From the NCBI GenBank assembly GCA_048939765.1, contig JBHLPF010000036.1, positions 1 to 37,531 on the forward strand: a stretch of DNA of 37,531 nt, written 5' to 3'. Source of the stretch: Promethearchaeota archaeon. GTDB lineage: Archaea; Asgardarchaeota; Thorarchaeia; Thorarchaeales; Thorarchaeaceae. Below the pieces are notes generated by a model, which did no database searches, was not told the DNA's origin, and worked only from the letters and a program-made list of their open reading frames with translations. Every line of letters starts with the position of its first letter. The stretch's first letter is position 1. This document shows positions 9,070 to 18,506 of this stretch, piece by piece. The translations under genes were made by a program, and so were the position numbers.

Positions 9070-9312
9070 TTATCCCTCCAGTTTTCGCCTTAGTCTTCGC
9101 TCGGTTCGCCGGTCAAAGCCCACGTACACGTCTTCACCAAGAACCGCTGTTGGAATGGCTCTTTGGGCACTGACTTCAATCAATTCAGCTAAGGTCTCCG
9201 GATCTCTGAGGATGCATTTCTCCTCAAACTCAGTACCTGTTTCCGAAAGGAACTGCTTGAGCTTATTCGAATGAGGACAATCAGGTGCTGTGTAAATCGT
9301 CACCTTCGCCAT
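9070..9312 (-). CDS. Glutaredoxin/NrdH-like protein (monothiol CPHS)
   Basis: VTIYT..DCPHS, QRAIPT and VGFD; 4 nt upstream of trxB. Confidence 0.88.
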   Translation of the reverse strand: MAKVTIYTAPDCPHSNKLKQFLSETGTEFEEKCILRDPETLAELIEVSAQRAIPTAVLGEDVYVGFDRRTERRLRRKLEG

Positions 9313-9481
9313 CTTTGATGTACCTCCTAGTTATCAAGTCTTAGAGACTCACTGCGAGTGTCGGTTGGTGCGGCGATGCTGATATAAGTTGTGAAGAGGT
9401 TGTTAGCGACAGTCATGTGTGAAGAGTCTTAAGTGACAAATGCTCCAAGCAGGTCAGTCTTCAATAAGGAGTGGAATGAGA

Positions 9482-9958
9482 ATGAACAAGGAAGAAACGC
9501 TAGATTTTATCGACAAGCAGATTGAGATGGAGTATAATATTATCAAGATAGTGGAGGAGAATGTTTCTCAGCTTGGCAATGTCTTCATCAAGGAACTGCT
9601 TCTAGGAGTTTCTATGGACTCCAATAAACACGCCACATTGCTGAAAGCATTGAGAAAAGCTGTGGACGGTCCGACTCCTTTTATCAGTGAGAAAGAACGA
9701 GACAAGATTGCTAAGGGCATAGCAAAACACATCGAGATTGAAGCAAAGGCAATCGAAACTTATCAAGAACTGGCTGACAAAAATGACAGTGAGCAGGTCA
9801 AGACAATTGCATTGATGATTCGGGAAGATGAGGTGCGACATCACGCCCTCTTGAAGGAACTCCATAAGGCGGTTGTTGAGCCCGAAACACTGACAGAGGA
9901 TGACATCTGGGACATTCTTTGGAAAGACTCACCTTGGCATGGTAGCCCCGGCGGTTGA
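9482..9958 (+). CDS. Ferritin-like (rubrerythrin-type four-helix) protein
   Basis: Duplicated E...(D/E)xxH pattern (EME...DSNKH; EIE...DEVRHH). Start could be 9476 or 9482 (GGAGTGG RBS). Confidence 0.8.
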   Translation: MNKEETLDFIDKQIEMEYNIIKIVEENVSQLGNVFIKELLLGVSMDSNKHATLLKALRKAVDGPTPFISEKERDKIAKGIAKHIEIEAKAIETYQELADKNDSEQVKTIALMIREDEVRHHALLKELHKAVVEPETLTEDDIWDILWKDSPWHGSPGG

Positions 9959-9971
9959 GAGCCAGAACTGG

Positions 9972-10538
9972 CTAGTTGCCATACTTCTGAGTCAGCTCTC
10001 TGATCTTGAAGTCTAGCTGTTCAATTCCAATTCCAGTCTTTGCCGAAATCAGTTGCAGTCCGGTTCCAGCATCCTCTGCGAACTGAATCATCTCTTTGTG
10101 GATATTGTCAAATGTACCATCCAAAAGGTCGATTTTGTTGCCCACAAGAATGAATCTGGAGCCATCGTCTCTGCTGAAATCAAATCCAGCATTCTCCTCT
10201 ATCAAGGGCACCCAGTAACTGATTAGATTGTCCAAGCTCTGTAAATGGGTCACGTCAAAGAAGAGGAGCCCTATTCTGCACCCTCGTATCATGCTCTTAA
10301 GCTGCTCAATGAATCGCATTTGACCCCCAAAATCCCACATTGAAAGGACGATACTACCATCTCCATTGGGAGATTCAATCCTCTTGGTTGCAAAGCTAAC
10401 CCCAATCGTTGTCTGAAGTGTTCTGGGATCAGGAAATGTGCCGTTTGTCCAACGTGATGTAAAGGACGTCTTACCGCATTCAGAGTCCCCTAGAATCACC
10501 GATTTGATTATTGGCACGAAAGTCCCATCCCTAGACAT
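9972..10538 (-). CDS. Rab-like small GTPase (Ras superfamily)
   Basis: G1 GDSECGKTS, G2 TTIGVSF, G3 WDFGGQ, G4 NKID, G5 SAK; no C-terminal Cys. Confidence 0.93.
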   Translation of the reverse strand: MSRDGTFVPIIKSVILGDSECGKTSFTSRWTNGTFPDPRTLQTTIGVSFATKRIESPNGDGSIVLSMWDFGGQMRFIEQLKSMIRGCRIGLLFFDVTHLQSLDNLISYWVPLIEENAGFDFSRDDGSRFILVGNKIDLLDGTFDNIHKEMIQFAEDAGTGLQLISAKTGIGIEQLDFKIRELTQKYGN

Positions 10539-10646
10539 CTGTGGCCTATTTGTCGTCCAGCAGATTTACCCCGAAACATGATAATTAAAGGATTAGGTGG
10601 ATGAATCCATTACGCTAGTCGTATTGGTGGTATGTTTCATTAGAAC

Positions 10647-10910
10647 TCATTTCTTTTTTCGTGGTTTCTTCTTGGCAGCGCTCTCTTCTGGTATTCGATA
10701 AGCCACGACAACATCACGTATTCCCAGGCCTTCACCGGTCCTAAGATTGTAAAAGGTGACGACAAGCTCATGCTCATTTTCACAACGAACAATAAAAAGA
10801 GGAGACCGTCCCTCGCTCAGTATATTTTGCTTTATTTTTGTGGCCTTTCTCTTGGACATCTCAATTTTGGTTTGCCCGCTGCATTCGGGACATTTGAAGA
10901 CAATTTCCAA
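10647..10910 (-). CDS. Small CxxC...CxxxH zinc-ribbon protein with polybasic tail
   Basis: FKCPEC...CENEHELVV...GIRDV and C-terminal KKKPRKKK; paralog at 32512-32763. Confidence 0.8.
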   Translation of the reverse strand: MEIVFKCPECSGQTKIEMSKRKATKIKQNILSEGRSPLFIVRCENEHELVVTFYNLRTGEGLGIRDVVVAYRIPEESAAKKKPRKKK

Positions 10911-11051
10911 GGCATCACGTCCAAGAAAGGCATTGAAGGTCCCTAATAATCTCTGGGACTCCTTCTGGCTTGCATCTGGTTGGCAGAAAAGGGAAGCCGC
11001 ATATGAAGCTTGTTCCGTTTGTCATGAGCTGTAAGGTGAAGAGGAAGTAGA

Positions 11052-11216
11052 TTAACGAGTTCCCTTATGATTCGCATCTAGTTCATTGAAGCGCCTTCGC
11101 ATACAATCCCTTATGAATTCGGGAAAGGAAGCATAGCCCAAGTCATACTCCTTGTTCTTTCTCTCGAACTGAATCTTGTAATCCCGTGGGATCTTTACAG
11201 ACAATCTCCTTGTCAT
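11052..11216 (-). CDS. Ribbon-helix-helix (CopG-like) DNA-binding protein
   Basis: LSVKIP...GYASFPEFIRDCMRRR; ATG at 11216 avoids overlap with the GNAT gene. Confidence 0.7.
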   Translation of the reverse strand: MTRRLSVKIPRDYKIQFERKNKEYDLGYASFPEFIRDCMRRRFNELDANHKGTR

Positions 11217-11256
11217 AACAATTGTATAATTCCCACACGTATTAATTCCTCTCTTT

Positions 11257-12162
11257 CTACAGCTCAACCTCATAGAGAAATAGACGACGTTCTGAGAAAT
11301 CACCAGGCCAGGCGCCCATCCCAGAGTCCGTATATCCTAATCCTGTTACCCAGTTTGTTGCATTAGGTCCCATTAGAAAGGTGACCCGCGTAGCTCCCCT
11401 TTCTGATATCTCGTCTACAATCCTTGCCATCATGTCAACAAAGATGCTTTGATTCGTCGTGTAGACTATATAGGAAGTGGCACGTTCTCCTCGATCATCC
11501 CGTAATGGAGCGCTGTAATAAAGGCCGCCTGGATTGCCATTCTCATCCGTCACAAGATGAATGTCTGTTGTAGCTGTTAGATGCTTGAGATCGCTGAGAG
11601 ACTTCTGATAGAACTGAAAATCAAATGGTATATAGTGATTGGGGACAAGAGAGGGGAAAGTTCTCAATACCTCAGCGACACGCTCAAGACTTGCCTTAAT
11701 TGGAATAAACGCAGGACTTGGGGTGGGGTGAGACGGAAATGGCGTGTAGAGATGAAAAGAGCCATACTGGTCTCGTATAGAGAATCCCAACTGCTCAGCT
11801 AGCTTCATAGATGGGGCATTGGAGTTCATTGTCAGGTATAGAAGACGCTTTACACCAATCTCCCGCGCGGTATCAAACAGATTCTTGGTGAGCCTTTTGC
11901 CATGGCCTTCTCGACGGCGGGTTTCTTTGGTTCTCAAACCTGAGATATACCCAGTACCGAATGACTGCACTATTTGAAGCGTGCAGATAGACAAGAGTTC
12001 ATCGCCTTCAAAAAGACCTCTGACAATATACTCTGGATTATCGATCCAATATGGCAAGACTTCTGGTATGTAGTCATTGCCGCCCCAAGTTGTGGAGCAG
12101 ATTGCGATGACCCCTTCCATATCAGATTGCACAAGGTCGCGAATCTTAGCCAAAGAGTGCAC
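11257..12162 (-). CDS. GNAT-family N-acetyltransferase
   Basis: GYISGLRT...RREGHG acetyl-CoA motif and N..S.KLAEQLGF; extra C-terminal domain. Confidence 0.88.
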   Translation of the reverse strand: MHSLAKIRDLVQSDMEGVIAICSTTWGGNDYIPEVLPYWIDNPEYIVRGLFEGDELLSICTLQIVQSFGTGYISGLRTKETRRREGHGKRLTKNLFDTAREIGVKRLLYLTMNSNAPSMKLAEQLGFSIRDQYGSFHLYTPFPSHPTPSPAFIPIKASLERVAEVLRTFPSLVPNHYIPFDFQFYQKSLSDLKHLTATTDIHLVTDENGNPGGLYYSAPLRDDRGERATSYIVYTTNQSIFVDMMARIVDEISERGATRVTFLMGPNATNWVTGLGYTDSGMGAWPGDFSERRLFLYEVEL

Positions 12163-12224
12163 CTAGAAATGAGAGCTCTTGGATGGATTTGAAGCTTGAC
12201 CTCTCGTCTTGAGATCTGGAAGAA

Positions 12225-12881
12225 TCATGCCACCATCATAGATAGAAGGATTGTCCCGTAATTCATCAGAATGGGAAATATCAGCCAAACGAGATAGTTG
12301 CCGGGTGGAGCTGTAAACCTATCCAATTGAGATGGTAGGAACCTGAAATAGCCATTTCGGACAGAATACCAAATCCAGAGCTCCTTCTGGCGACTGAAGT
12401 AGGGTTCAAGAAAAAGAAGGTCAAACACTGAAGCTAGCAATCCAGATAGCACACATGCTTCAAGACCTGATAGGCCAAAAATCAGTCCAGTGAGAAAGGC
12501 AGCCTGAATCGAGAAAATCCATAGAAATGGGATCCATATTGGGACATTTCTAATGAAGGGGCCATTACTGTGGATTCTGGGGTATTCATAGTATCCTTGT
12601 GAGGAGACATAACTTTCGCCCATCGCTGCGACAAGTATTATCCCTGCAAGCTGTGCTAGTGCACTCCAGCCAACATATTGAAACATCCAATATGTCGAGA
12701 TGGCGGCCAGAATAGTGAATGTTGCCAAGATGCGCAAATAGCGGGCTCTGATGGTAGCCCGATTCACCACATGGTCAAGCTTGGGGAAGGACAGGTTTAG
12801 GCTTTGTCTCCTATTGACCGTAACCTGCTTATTGCACTCTGAAAGAACTCTGTTGTCCTGTTCCTCATTGAAACTACCCAC
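12225..12881 (-). CDS. CruF-like (carotenoid biosynthesis/DUF422) membrane protein
   Basis: E......GYYEY, GP...VP.WIP..W, D...EP, W.W and P.GNY..W motifs. True start is probably downstream of 12797. Confidence 0.7.
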   Translation of the reverse strand: MGSFNEEQDNRVLSECNKQVTVNRRQSLNLSFPKLDHVVNRATIRARYLRILATFTILAAISTYWMFQYVGWSALAQLAGIILVAAMGESYVSSQGYYEYPRIHSNGPFIRNVPIWIPFLWIFSIQAAFLTGLIFGLSGLEACVLSGLLASVFDLLFLEPYFSRQKELWIWYSVRNGYFRFLPSQLDRFTAPPGNYLVWLIFPILMNYGTILLSMMVA

Positions 12882-13096
12882 ATTTTACCCTCCTTCCTTC
12901 GGTCTATCTTTCTAGTAGCCAGTGAATCTTGAACATTCATAATAAGGTCTACAGCTTTTGATACGGTACGACGGTCGATCCCTGTTGCTCTTGCCAAACC
13001 TGATATCGAGGCCGAGGGAACCTCCTTCAAGGCGGCAAGGACATCAACGATGGCTTGGGGAAAATCAACACGAGTCGCAGGCAGTGATGAAGACAT
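12797..13096 (-). CDS. Winged-helix HTH protein
   Basis: SISGLARATGIDRRTVSKAV helix-turn-helix. Confidence 0.8.
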   Translation of the reverse strand: MSSSLPATRVDFPQAIVDVLAALKEVPSASISGLARATGIDRRTVSKAVDLIMNVQDSLATRKIDRRKEGKMWVVSMRNRTTEFFQSAISRLRSIGDKA

Positions 13097-13132
13097 CGCA
13101 ATTCAAGATCCATCACACCACATTGCCTTTTA

Positions 13133-13174
13133 TACATTATTATGTACACATAGTTATGGCTACATTATTATGCC
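13133..13174. promoter_or_regulatory. Three in-phase 14-bp repeats (ACAT-N4-ATG) between the divergent HTH gene and iorA
   Basis: TACATTATTATGTA / CACATAGTTATGGC / TACATTATTATGCC. Confidence 0.6.
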
Positions 13175-13275
13175 ACTATTTGAAACCTCATATCAGCCCA
13201 GGATTTTGATGTGCATAGCTGAACGCTTATGTTGATTCTTCGCATCTGAGCAGCAACCCGATACTCGGGCTTGCA

Positions 13276-15192
13276 TTGGAGAGAGAATTGATGACTGTCG
13301 AGGATGTGAAACGGACCGACAAAGGACCGGCGCTCATGCTTTCAAATGAAGCTGTCGTGCGCGGAGCGTTGGAAGCAGACGTGAAAATTGTCGCATTCTA
13401 TCCCGGGTCTCCGGTCAGTGAGATTCTGGACACCTTTGGTGAGGTGCTAGAGCATTTTGGCGATTATAAGATGCACATTGCCGCCAACGAGAAAGTGGCG
13501 TTGGAAACTGTTGCAGGAGCTTCGATGGCAGGACAACGTTCGTTTACTTCCATGAAGAGTGTTGGAATGAATGTTGCCAGTGACTCCATGTACAGCCTCG
13601 GCTACGTTGGAGTGAACGCTGGATGTGTCTGCCTCATCGCAGACGACCCGTATGCACACTCTTCACAGAGCGAGCAAGATGGCAGGTATTATGGTGAATC
13701 CGCGTACATACCTATGATAGAACCTTCTACACCCCAGGAAGCTCACGATATGGTCAAATGGGCCTTTGAGGTCTCAGAGAAACACAAAACCCTCGTTATC
13801 ATGAGGACAACGACAAGAGTCAATCACCAGAGAGGCATGGTCAATCTCGGAGAATTACACAGAACCCCATTCAAGAAAAACCGATGGGAGGATGTCAAGG
13901 GTCAATATTTCACAGTCGGGGCAGTCGCTCGGAGGTTGAAGGCAGCCTTGCTTGAGAAGGTGAAGTCTATCAAAGAAGACTTCGAGAAGACTCCGTTCAA
14001 TTTCATTGACAAAGGAAATGGAGAAGTTGGGGTTCTAACATCCGGCGTCTGCTACCTTCACTCAAAAGAGGCAATGAAGAATCTAGGCGTTGACATTCCT
14101 GTGTTCAAGCTTGGTACGATCTATCCATTGCCCGAAAAGAAGTTGGCAGAGTTCATCAAGCCACTTCAAACACTGATTGTTGTTGAGGAACTCACTCCTT
14201 ATCTAGAGACCAAGATTGCCGCAATAGCGAAGGATGTGAATCCCTCACTATACATTGTTGGGAAGAAGTCAGGGCACTTCTCGGAAATGCTCGAATACAA
14301 TGTGCCAATCGTTGAGAAGGTGTTTGCTGAAGTGCTGAACACCAAGCCAAGCATAGACTATGATGCTGTCCTAGAGAAAGCAAATCGACTGAAGGAAGTC
14401 CTCCCAGATAGACCGCCAATCTTCTGTCCTGGATGTCCCCATCGTGGAACTCTCTGGGCTTTTAGGCAGGCATTGCAGCGACTTAGAATCCGCGATAAGA
14501 TCGTCTTCAACAATGACATTGGCTGCTATAGCATGGCATTCCTCCCTCCAAACGAGTTTTCTGATTCTATGCTTGCAATGGGAGCCTCTCTGGGAGTTTC
14601 TGCTGGCATGGAGTTGGCTCTCGAAGACAAGGTGATAGCGATGGTGGGAGACTCCACGCTCTATCATGCTGCTTTGCCTGGAATTGTCAATCTCATCCAT
14701 CATAACTCGAATGTGACACTTTTTGTTCTCGACAATGCCGTAACTGCAATGACTGGTCAGCAATTCAATCCCAACTCACCATACAATGCAGGGGGTCAAC
14801 CAGCCAAGAAGATCAACATGGAAAAGATGTTCGAAGCGCTGGGAGCTGAAAGCGTCACCATCATTGATCCATATGAAACTCGAGATTGCATTGGATCTAT
14901 CAAGAAGGCGATAGAGGCTGACGGATTCAATGTGATTATCTCCAGACGAGAATGTGCGCTCTACGGAGACCGACTCAAGAAGAACGCTGGTCAGAAGATC
15001 ATCCCGGGTGAGAATGACAAGGAGACCTGCAGAGGAATCTATGCGTGTGTCCGAGAATTCTACTGCCCAGCCATAGCGGTGGATAAGAGCGACCACAAGA
15101 TGGTGATTCAAGCTGACCTGTGTGACGGATGCCTGGAATGTCGACAAGTGTGCCCTGTTGATGCACCCCAGCAAATGGAGGTGAAGAGATGA
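13276..15192 (+). CDS. iorA: Indolepyruvate ferredoxin oxidoreductase alpha subunit
   Basis: YPGSP.SEI, NEKVALE, SQSEQD, RPPIFCPGCPHR, DIGCY, GDST..H, LDNAVTAMTG; C-terminal ferredoxin domain. Confidence 0.96.
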   Translation: MERELMTVEDVKRTDKGPALMLSNEAVVRGALEADVKIVAFYPGSPVSEILDTFGEVLEHFGDYKMHIAANEKVALETVAGASMAGQRSFTSMKSVGMNVASDSMYSLGYVGVNAGCVCLIADDPYAHSSQSEQDGRYYGESAYIPMIEPSTPQEAHDMVKWAFEVSEKHKTLVIMRTTTRVNHQRGMVNLGELHRTPFKKNRWEDVKGQYFTVGAVARRLKAALLEKVKSIKEDFEKTPFNFIDKGNGEVGVLTSGVCYLHSKEAMKNLGVDIPVFKLGTIYPLPEKKLAEFIKPLQTLIVVEELTPYLETKIAAIAKDVNPSLYIVGKKSGHFSEMLEYNVPIVEKVFAEVLNTKPSIDYDAVLEKANRLKEVLPDRPPIFCPGCPHRGTLWAFRQALQRLRIRDKIVFNNDIGCYSMAFLPPNEFSDSMLAMGASLGVSAGMELALEDKVIAMVGDSTLYHAALPGIVNLIHHNSNVTLFVLDNAVTAMTGQQFNPNSPYNAGGQPAKKINMEKMFEALGAESVTIIDPYETRDCIGSIKKAIEADGFNVIISRRECALYGDRLKKNAGQKIIPGENDKETCRGIYACVREFYCPAIAVDKSDHKMVIQADLCDGCLECRQVCPVDAPQQMEVKR

Positions 15193-15821
15193 AGGAATCA
15201 GATACTTTCAACATCATGTTCGCAGGTGTCGGGGGGCAGGGCTTAATGCTTCTCTCAGCAATCCTTGGCAAAGCCGCGGTTGACTCTGGTCTGGAGGTCA
15301 AGACTGGTGAACAACATGGCCTCTCTCAAAGACAGGGGTCGATCTATGTTCACTTCAGAATTGGCAAACCCATCTCTCCATTGATACCCTATGGTAAGGC
15401 TGACATGGTCATCGCGATGGAGGCTAGCGAAGTGCTTCGATACATCGAGTATCTAAAGGAAGGTGGAGTCGTCATCATGAGCAATCGCAGAATGGCATCT
15501 GTCACTGAAACTGAAACCGTTGCGCTGGACAAAGAGAAGAAGACGTCCTATCTGACAGTGGACCAAATAGTTGAGAAGATCCATGAAGTCACTGACAAGG
15601 TGATTCTACTTGATTCACTGAACCTGGCAATTCAAGCCGGAAATGCAAGGACTGAGAACTCTGTTCTAATTGGAGCAACTGCCGCCTGCGAGGACTTTCC
15701 AATCCCAGCAGAAGAGGTTCGAAAGGCGGTTCTAGCTCTTGTACCACCTAAGACGGTGGAGGCCAACTCGAAAGCCTTTGACCTAGGGAGAGATGCCGGT
15801 GGTGCCTGTCTAGGAACCTAG
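15189..15821 (+). CDS. iorB: Indolepyruvate ferredoxin oxidoreductase beta subunit
   Basis: GVGGQG, EQHGLSQRQGS, SPLIP.G.AD and N.KAF..G; ATGA overlap with iorA. Confidence 0.95.
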   Translation: MKESDTFNIMFAGVGGQGLMLLSAILGKAAVDSGLEVKTGEQHGLSQRQGSIYVHFRIGKPISPLIPYGKADMVIAMEASEVLRYIEYLKEGGVVIMSNRRMASVTETETVALDKEKKTSYLTVDQIVEKIHEVTDKVILLDSLNLAIQAGNARTENSVLIGATAACEDFPIPAEEVRKAVLALVPPKTVEANSKAFDLGRDAGGACLGT

Positions 15822-16834
15822 CGCGACGATAGCTTTCGAAACACAACGGCCACGATGAGTATGAGAACAATGGCGCCAGCAATCATTATGTAGAGCATGG
15901 GCCCTGCGAAAATATCTGGCGCTTGGACAGTCACCATTACAGTATCGACGGCCGTATTTCCTGCAAAATCACTCACTACAATTGTGTAGTTGTATTCTCC
16001 AGCACTTAACCCCCATGCAGGAACCGCTATGGATTCAGATGACGAGTTCCAATCTCCTGACATCAAGGTCGTTCCATCAACAAATACCTCGTAGCTCAGA
16101 GGATAATCATCGCTCGGGGTCCACGTTATAGTTTCGCCTGAACTGCCTCCCTCAAAGTAGCCAATGTCATCGGGATGATTCAGAACAGGTGCTGTTTTGT
16201 CCCGATATGGCTCCATGCCTATTCGATTCAGTTCCAGCTCACCAGTCTTCTCCATAGTTGTGGTATTGTAGCTGTCAAGCGAGTAGTGAGATAGGAATCC
16301 ATCTTCCTTGAAGTAATCCACATGTACGAAGATCGTGATTCCTTCTTCGATACTGAACCCATCAAATGTGAAGTTGTCATCATCCCAACTGAATCCCCAA
16401 AAATAGGGATCGTCAGCATCCATGGCAACATGGTCTACGTTCAATGTGGTTGAGAAAAGGATGCTCATCAGTGTCCAGTTTCCAATGGGCAGCTGGAAGC
16501 GGAGCGCTGTTACGAAGGTCAGGACAATTATGCCCAGATCTGTTCCGTTAGCGTAGTAGGAATTGAGAGTGGCGTAGGGGATATCAGACCAGTTAGTCAA
16601 GGAGTCAGGTATTGAGGGAAGAGGCCCTGTACTGTTAACGTATATTTCTTCATCAATTTGCATATCTTCTGCATCGAGATGCATCATGAAGGAAACTTCA
16701 TCTTCGGGATCGTAACCCCACTCTAACCCCTGATTAGTTTGTGCAACTACTGTTGGATAGGAGAGCATTGTGATTATGCATAAGACTACAAGAACTGCTT
16801 TTGCGCGGTTCATCCTACTTTCTCCTGAAGACAA
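15818..16834 (-). CDS. Membrane-anchored surface glycoprotein with C-terminal Ig-like domain
   Basis: Signal peptide; many NxS/T sequons; P.L.HP.D..Y..G....ITW..SD..P.SY....G.YNYTIVV.D.AGN...DTV.V.V; C-terminal TM. Confidence 0.8.
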   Translation of the reverse strand: MSSGESRMNRAKAVLVVLCIITMLSYPTVVAQTNQGLEWGYDPEDEVSFMMHLDAEDMQIDEEIYVNSTGPLPSIPDSLTNWSDIPYATLNSYYANGTDLGIIVLTFVTALRFQLPIGNWTLMSILFSTTLNVDHVAMDADDPYFWGFSWDDDNFTFDGFSIEEGITIFVHVDYFKEDGFLSHYSLDSYNTTTMEKTGELELNRIGMEPYRDKTAPVLNHPDDIGYFEGGSSGETITWTPSDDYPLSYEVFVDGTTLMSGDWNSSSESIAVPAWGLSAGEYNYTIVVSDFAGNTAVDTVMVTVQAPDIFAGPMLYIMIAGAIVLILIVAVVFRKLSSR

Positions 16835-16940
16835 TCAATCTCCAAGAACATAGCCACTTCTGCTGTTAAAAACAAATCGTGAACTCAGTTATTGGACTTC
16901 CACACCGCCCAATAGCTAAAGTTATTAACCATAGTGAAGT

Positions 16941-17978
16941 TTGGATAGTGGAGGCGAGGAATCTTTGGATGAGCCAAAACTCTATGATGCCATTATCGTT
17001 GGTGGAGGTCCAGCTGGATGTTCAGCCGCTCTGCATCTAGCATATCATAAGCGTGATGTCTTGGTTTTGGATCGGGGAACAAGCCCAATGAGTTTCCATC
17101 ACAACACCATTGTCAATTTTGCGTCTGGTGAGGCGTATCATGAAGGCCGGCCTCTTCTCAGGAATATGCAGGGGATTGCAAGGGCAGCTGGAGCTGAGAT
17201 GAAGGAGGCAAATGTCGCAGAAGTTTCTGGACGGTATCCACGCTTTATTGTGCGTACAGACAGGAGTTATCGAACCCAGGACATATCCGAGTATGAGGCA
17301 AAGATACTCCTTTTTGCGACAGGCACCGCCAGAAAGCATCCAAAGGTGAATGGGATGTGGAGAGGGTGGTTACCAGTTGCTAATGCAGGCAACGCGGCGT
17401 TCTATTGCCCGGATTGCGAGGCGCCTCTCTGCAAAGACAAGGATGTTCTTGTCGTCAATGCGGGAACCGTCGGAAGTGCCCTCCATACAGCTAACTCATT
17501 GACACGCTTTACTGATAGAATCAGAATCCTCATGACTGAGGACGCATACATACCTATTGAGGAACAAGACCTGACGAAATTGGATGAATCACCTTTTGAG
17601 TGGATACGCGGCACAATCAAAGCTGTAGAGTTTCCGGTCCCTGGGAAGATGCAGTCTATCACACTTACGAACGGCTCGAAAATAAAGGCAGAGGTGTTCT
17701 TCGTCGCTTTTGTTGCCGAGCCAAGATCAGAACTGGCTCAACAGATTGGTGTGCAGGTTGACAGCAGAGGAAACATCATCACTGACCATAGAGGAAAGAC
17801 AAATGTTGAGGGAGTCTGGGCGGCGGGAGACTGTAGACCCATAACTCAGCAGATAGCTATGGCTATTGGCACAGGGAATTATGCTGGTCTCATGATGAAT
17901 CAATTCCTCGGCAATGATTACGAGTTAGAGAAGGAGTTTGACCATCCAGACCATCGCGCTCCTCTGCACATGGGCTAG
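16941..17978 (+). CDS. Thioredoxin-reductase-like FAD-dependent oxidoreductase
   Basis: GGGPAG, ATG, YCPDC and TNVEGVWAAGD; degenerate second Rossmann motif. Confidence 0.88.
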   Translation: MDSGGEESLDEPKLYDAIIVGGGPAGCSAALHLAYHKRDVLVLDRGTSPMSFHHNTIVNFASGEAYHEGRPLLRNMQGIARAAGAEMKEANVAEVSGRYPRFIVRTDRSYRTQDISEYEAKILLFATGTARKHPKVNGMWRGWLPVANAGNAAFYCPDCEAPLCKDKDVLVVNAGTVGSALHTANSLTRFTDRIRILMTEDAYIPIEEQDLTKLDESPFEWIRGTIKAVEFPVPGKMQSITLTNGSKIKAEVFFVAFVAEPRSELAQQIGVQVDSRGNIITDHRGKTNVEGVWAAGDCRPITQQIAMAIGTGNYAGLMMNQFLGNDYELEKEFDHPDHRAPLHMG

Positions 17979-18421
17979 GCTGGCTTCAACATCAATAGCC
18001 GATAGCTCTCATAGAGAGACATCAACACTGCAATGAGGCCCATAGCAATGAACATAATGTCCTCTCCACGGGGTGGAAATTCGCAGTAGAATGCCAGATA
18101 CACAATAAGCATACCTGTGAATAGAGTTGCCAGAAAGGCGAAGCGGGGAAGGAATCGCTTTCCGATCCTCACAAAGAGTGTAAGTGAACCGACACGGACA
18201 GTTCTTGCAACAGAATACTCACCATGAGCGTTCTTGGTTACCAAACCAGCTTCTTCTAGCTTCGTGAGATGATGTTTGGAAAGACTTGGGCTTGAAAAGC
18301 CGAGCTCCCTCTGTATCTCTCGCACACCCATTTCATCTCGTGTCAGAAGGAGCGAGTAGACTGACATAGTCCTTCCTTTCAGAAGCTCCTCTATACTCTG
18401 GACGTCCTCCTCAGTGCTCAT
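17975..18421 (-). CDS. Membrane-bound wHTH transcriptional regulator (HTH + 2 TM)
   Basis: GVREIQRELGFSSPSLSKHHLTKLEEAGLV.K...G.Y followed by two hydrophobic helices. Confidence 0.88.
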   Translation of the reverse strand: MSTEEDVQSIEELLKGRTMSVYSLLLTRDEMGVREIQRELGFSSPSLSKHHLTKLEEAGLVTKNAHGEYSVARTVRVGSLTLFVRIGKRFLPRFAFLATLFTGMLIVYLAFYCEFPPRGEDIMFIAMGLIAVLMSLYESYRLLMLKPA

Positions 18422-18435
18422 TTAATCGGCCTCGC

Positions 18436-18470
18436 AAAAAAGAGGGTTGGGGGAGCTTGGCCCCCGGAGG
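18436..18470 (-). terminator. Hairpin plus T-tract downstream of the 18507 gene
   Basis: Minus strand reads GGGGG-N7-CCCCC...CTCTTTTTT. Confidence 0.45.
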
Positions 18471-18506
18471 TACTTCTGCGTGTCGGTCTAAGTAAAAGTC
18501 CGAAGA

